Shown: positions 61,948 to 64,000 of the stretch, piece by piece
Layout: every line of letters starts with the position of its first letter
How positions within the stretch are numbered: the stretch's first letter is position 1
DNA from: Alkalispirochaeta sp.
GTDB taxonomy: Bacteria; Spirochaetota; Spirochaetia; DSM-27196; Alkalispirochaetaceae
Length of the DNA stretch: 64,000 nucleotides
Direction: 5' to 3'
Assembly: GCA_965242725.1 (NCBI GenBank)
Contig: CBDESZ010000018.1
Coordinates: 128,001-192,000 of the forward strand
Position numbers and translations under genes: made by a program
The notes under the pieces: model-generated
What the model saw: the letters and a program-made list of their open reading frames with translations, nothing else
What the model was told of the DNA's origin: nothing
Database searches by the model: none

Positions 61948-62637
61948 ATGGCGTCAATACAGGAAAACATCATGGCAGTGGAAGAACGCATCGCAAACGC
62001 CTGCGTCAGGGCAGGGCGGTCCCGCTCTTCCCTCCGTCTCATGGCGGTGAGTAAACTTCAACCGGCGGAAAAGATCGTGGAGGCGGCGGCACACGGAATG
62101 CGGCTCTTTGGCGAAAGCAGGGTACAGGAAACGCTCACCCGCCGTGATGTCTTCCCTTCCGACGGCGAGGTCCATTTAATCGGACATTTGCAGCGGAATA
62201 AGGCGCGTGACGCGGCGTCGCTCTATCATACAATACAGTCAATTGACGCCGCCCGTACCGTGGAGGCGATCGCCCCGCATATAGAGGCAAGCGGTGCCGC
62301 CGTCACCCTTTATATTGAGGTAAACACCTCCCATGAGGAGAGCAAGTTTGGTCTCAGAACATTTGAAGAGGTCTATTCCCTGGCGCGAAGAATAGAGGAA
62401 CTACCCCGGTTTGCCCTGCGCGGTCTCATGACAATCGGCCCCTTCATTGAAGATCGGGATCGGATTCGCCGTGCCTTTGCGCAGCTGCGGGAATTTCGGG
62501 ACCGTCTGGAGGAACGGATGTCTGCTTCCTATCCGGAACTCTCCATGGGGATGAGTGACGATCTTGAAGAGGCGGTACAGGAGGGGTCCACGATGCTTCG
62601 CATCGGTACGGCGATCTTCGGGTCCCGGGATACATAG
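61948..62637 (+). CDS. yggS: YggS/PLPBP pyridoxal phosphate homeostasis protein
   Basis: LMAVSK, FGESRVQE, HLIGHLQRNK, GLMTIG, LSMGMSDD, GSTMLRIGTAIFG. Confidence 0.95.
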   Translation: MASIQENIMAVEERIANACVRAGRSRSSLRLMAVSKLQPAEKIVEAAAHGMRLFGESRVQETLTRRDVFPSDGEVHLIGHLQRNKARDAASLYHTIQSIDAARTVEAIAPHIEASGAAVTLYIEVNTSHEESKFGLRTFEEVYSLARRIEELPRFALRGLMTIGPFIEDRDRIRRAFAQLREFRDRLEERMSASYPELSMGMSDDLEEAVQEGSTMLRIGTAIFGSRDT

Positions 62638-62655
62638 GCGGAACGGTCAGGTCAC

Positions 62656-63072
62656 ATGAACCGTAGAAGTGGTTTCGTTATCGTTCTTCTCATGCTTGTC
62701 CTTTCAATGACCCCTGCGGAGCCGCCGCCCACGCCGGATATATCCTTTGACCCGAGTAAACCCGTACCCTATGGACCTGACGAATTTCCCCGCTGGGCCC
62801 GGGATCTGCGGCGGGGAGAAATCATCGCCGTCGGCGCGTTTCCGGTGGCAATGATTATCACCAGCCTTGGCTACGAGGTGGGACGTTTCGGATATGAAAG
62901 CATCCGCGCCGGAGAAGTGCAAAATGAATATGCACCATGGTTTTTCTCCACCTCACCGGAGGGTGCATTTTCAAATCGGGAGAGAATCGGTCTCGTCGTC
63001 TCCTCTGCCGTCGTAAGCGTCGGGGTTGCAATCATCGATTACTTTCTCGGCAGGAGAGAGCGGAATGAGTGA
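62656..63072 (+). CDS. Conserved hypothetical membrane protein
   Basis: Signal peptide, PYGPDEFPRWARDLRRGEII, two TM helices. Confidence 0.75.
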   Translation: MNRRSGFVIVLLMLVLSMTPAEPPPTPDISFDPSKPVPYGPDEFPRWARDLRRGEIIAVGAFPVAMIITSLGYEVGRFGYESIRAGEVQNEYAPWFFSTSPEGAFSNRERIGLVVSSAVVSVGVAIIDYFLGRRERNE

Positions 63073-64000
63073 ACGCTACACAATGGTGGTACCCGACGAG
63101 GTCACCGAACCGTTGCGGCTGGATGTTTATCTCTCCCGGCTCGATATCGTCCCCAATCGCAGCGCCCTCAAGCAGCGAATACGCGCCGTTCGACGCAACG
63201 GTACCGACACGAAGCTTTCCGCCCGTGTGACTGCGGGGGACCGTCTGGAGATAGAGATTGATCCCCCTCCGCCGAGCACCGTTGTCAGCGAGGATATCCC
63301 CCTTGATGTTGTGTATGAGGACGACGGGGTCGTGGTAATCAATAAAGCGCCGGGAATGGTGGTTCATCCGGGAGCGGGAAACTGGACGGGCACCCTGTTG
63401 CACGCCCTGGCGGGGCGATATCCGGATTCGCCCTTTTTTGCCGACACCCCCGACGGAGAAGACGGGGAGTATGCCGATCCCGTTCGGCCGGGCATCGTCC
63501 ATCGACTGGACAAGGATACCGGAGGAATCATCATCGTCGCCAAAGAGAGGGAGACCCATGCATTTCTCGTTTCCCGCTTTTCGAAACGGAAGACACGCAA
63601 GATCTACCTCGCCCTCGTCAAAGGGTCTCCCGTTCACCACAGTGGATATATAGACGGCAGTATCGGTCGCGACAGATTTCACCGCACAAAATTCACCGTT
63701 CTCGGTGAATTACACCGCGGGGCGCTGACCGACATCGACCAGCCGGTGGACCGGTGGGGCGAGGGCGGTCCATCGAAACGTGCCAAAAAAGCTCTCACCA
63801 CCTACACGGTCATGCGCCGTTTTCCTTCGGGATACGCTCTCCTGATGGTGCGTCCCCACACCGGACGGACACATCAGATACGGGTGCATCTCGCCGCGAT
63901 CGGCTATCCCATCGTCGGTGACCCGCTGTACGGGCACAGGGACGCCCGCTTTGAAGGAATCGGTCTGATGCTCCATGCGTGGCGTCTGGAAATCGCCCTG
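63065..64000 (+). CDS. RluD-like pseudouridine synthase with S4 domain (partial, runs off window end)
   Basis: Not in the ORF track. Manual translation from ATG 63065 gives RLDVYL, VINKAPGMVVHP, RPGIVHRLDKDTGG, TGRTHQIRVHL, IVGDPLYG. Confidence 0.92.
   Translation, partial: MSERYTMVVPDEVTEPLRLDVYLSRLDIVPNRSALKQRIRAVRRNGTDTKLSARVTAGDRLEIEIDPPPPSTVVSEDIPLDVVYEDDGVVVINKAPGMVVHPGAGNWTGTLLHALAGRYPDSPFFADTPDGEDGEYADPVRPGIVHRLDKDTGGIIIVAKERETHAFLVSRFSKRKTRKIYLALVKGSPVHHSGYIDGSIGRDRFHRTKFTVLGELHRGALTDIDQPVDRWGEGGPSKRAKKALTTYTVMRRFPSGYALLMVRPHTGRTHQIRVHLAAIGYPIVGDPLYGHRDARFEGIGLMLHAWRLEIAL

Noticed and set aside
1..64000. CRISPR array, IS element, rRNA, intact prophage
   Set aside because: No regularly spaced repeats, transposase, terminal inverted repeats, rRNA or phage structural cluster seen by eye.

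Overview
This is core chromosome from a free-living, moderately GC-rich spirochaete (Spirochaetaceae, Alkalispirochaeta/Spirochaeta-like). The assignment is inferred from flaA, cheA-cheW(CheR-fused)-cheX-cheY and a spiro-SPASM gene. The window holds about 57 protein genes and 5 tRNAs (Pro-CGG, Gly-TCC, Val-GAC, Asn-GTT, Val-TAC). Main blocks are: nlpD-like plus RpoS-like sigma, ettA, xseAB, a translationally coupled 7-gene spiro-SPASM/sugar-modification/amidase operon directly upstream of flaA-cheAWXY, mfd-trmB-citrate synthase, two tandem divergent EF-G paralogues, a decayed tyrosine-integrase islet at tRNA-Val, glnS, ilvB-ilvN-leuC-leuD-ilvD, crtB/polyprenyl synthase, and pdxS-pdxT/yggS. At least 9 ordinary genes carry single-base frameshifts, mostly in G/C homopolymers, which most likely reflect long-read assembly error. 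The best novelty candidates are (1) the spiro-SPASM operon, a putative nonulosonate-type glycan tailoring system led by a double pseudo-enzyme that keeps only its auxiliary Fe-S cysteines; (2) a 90-aa protein resembling a stand-alone HK97/encapsulin A-domain, coupled to a membrane protein; and (3) tandem EF-Gs with reciprocal motif loss. All calls come from motif recognition by eye; no searches were run.
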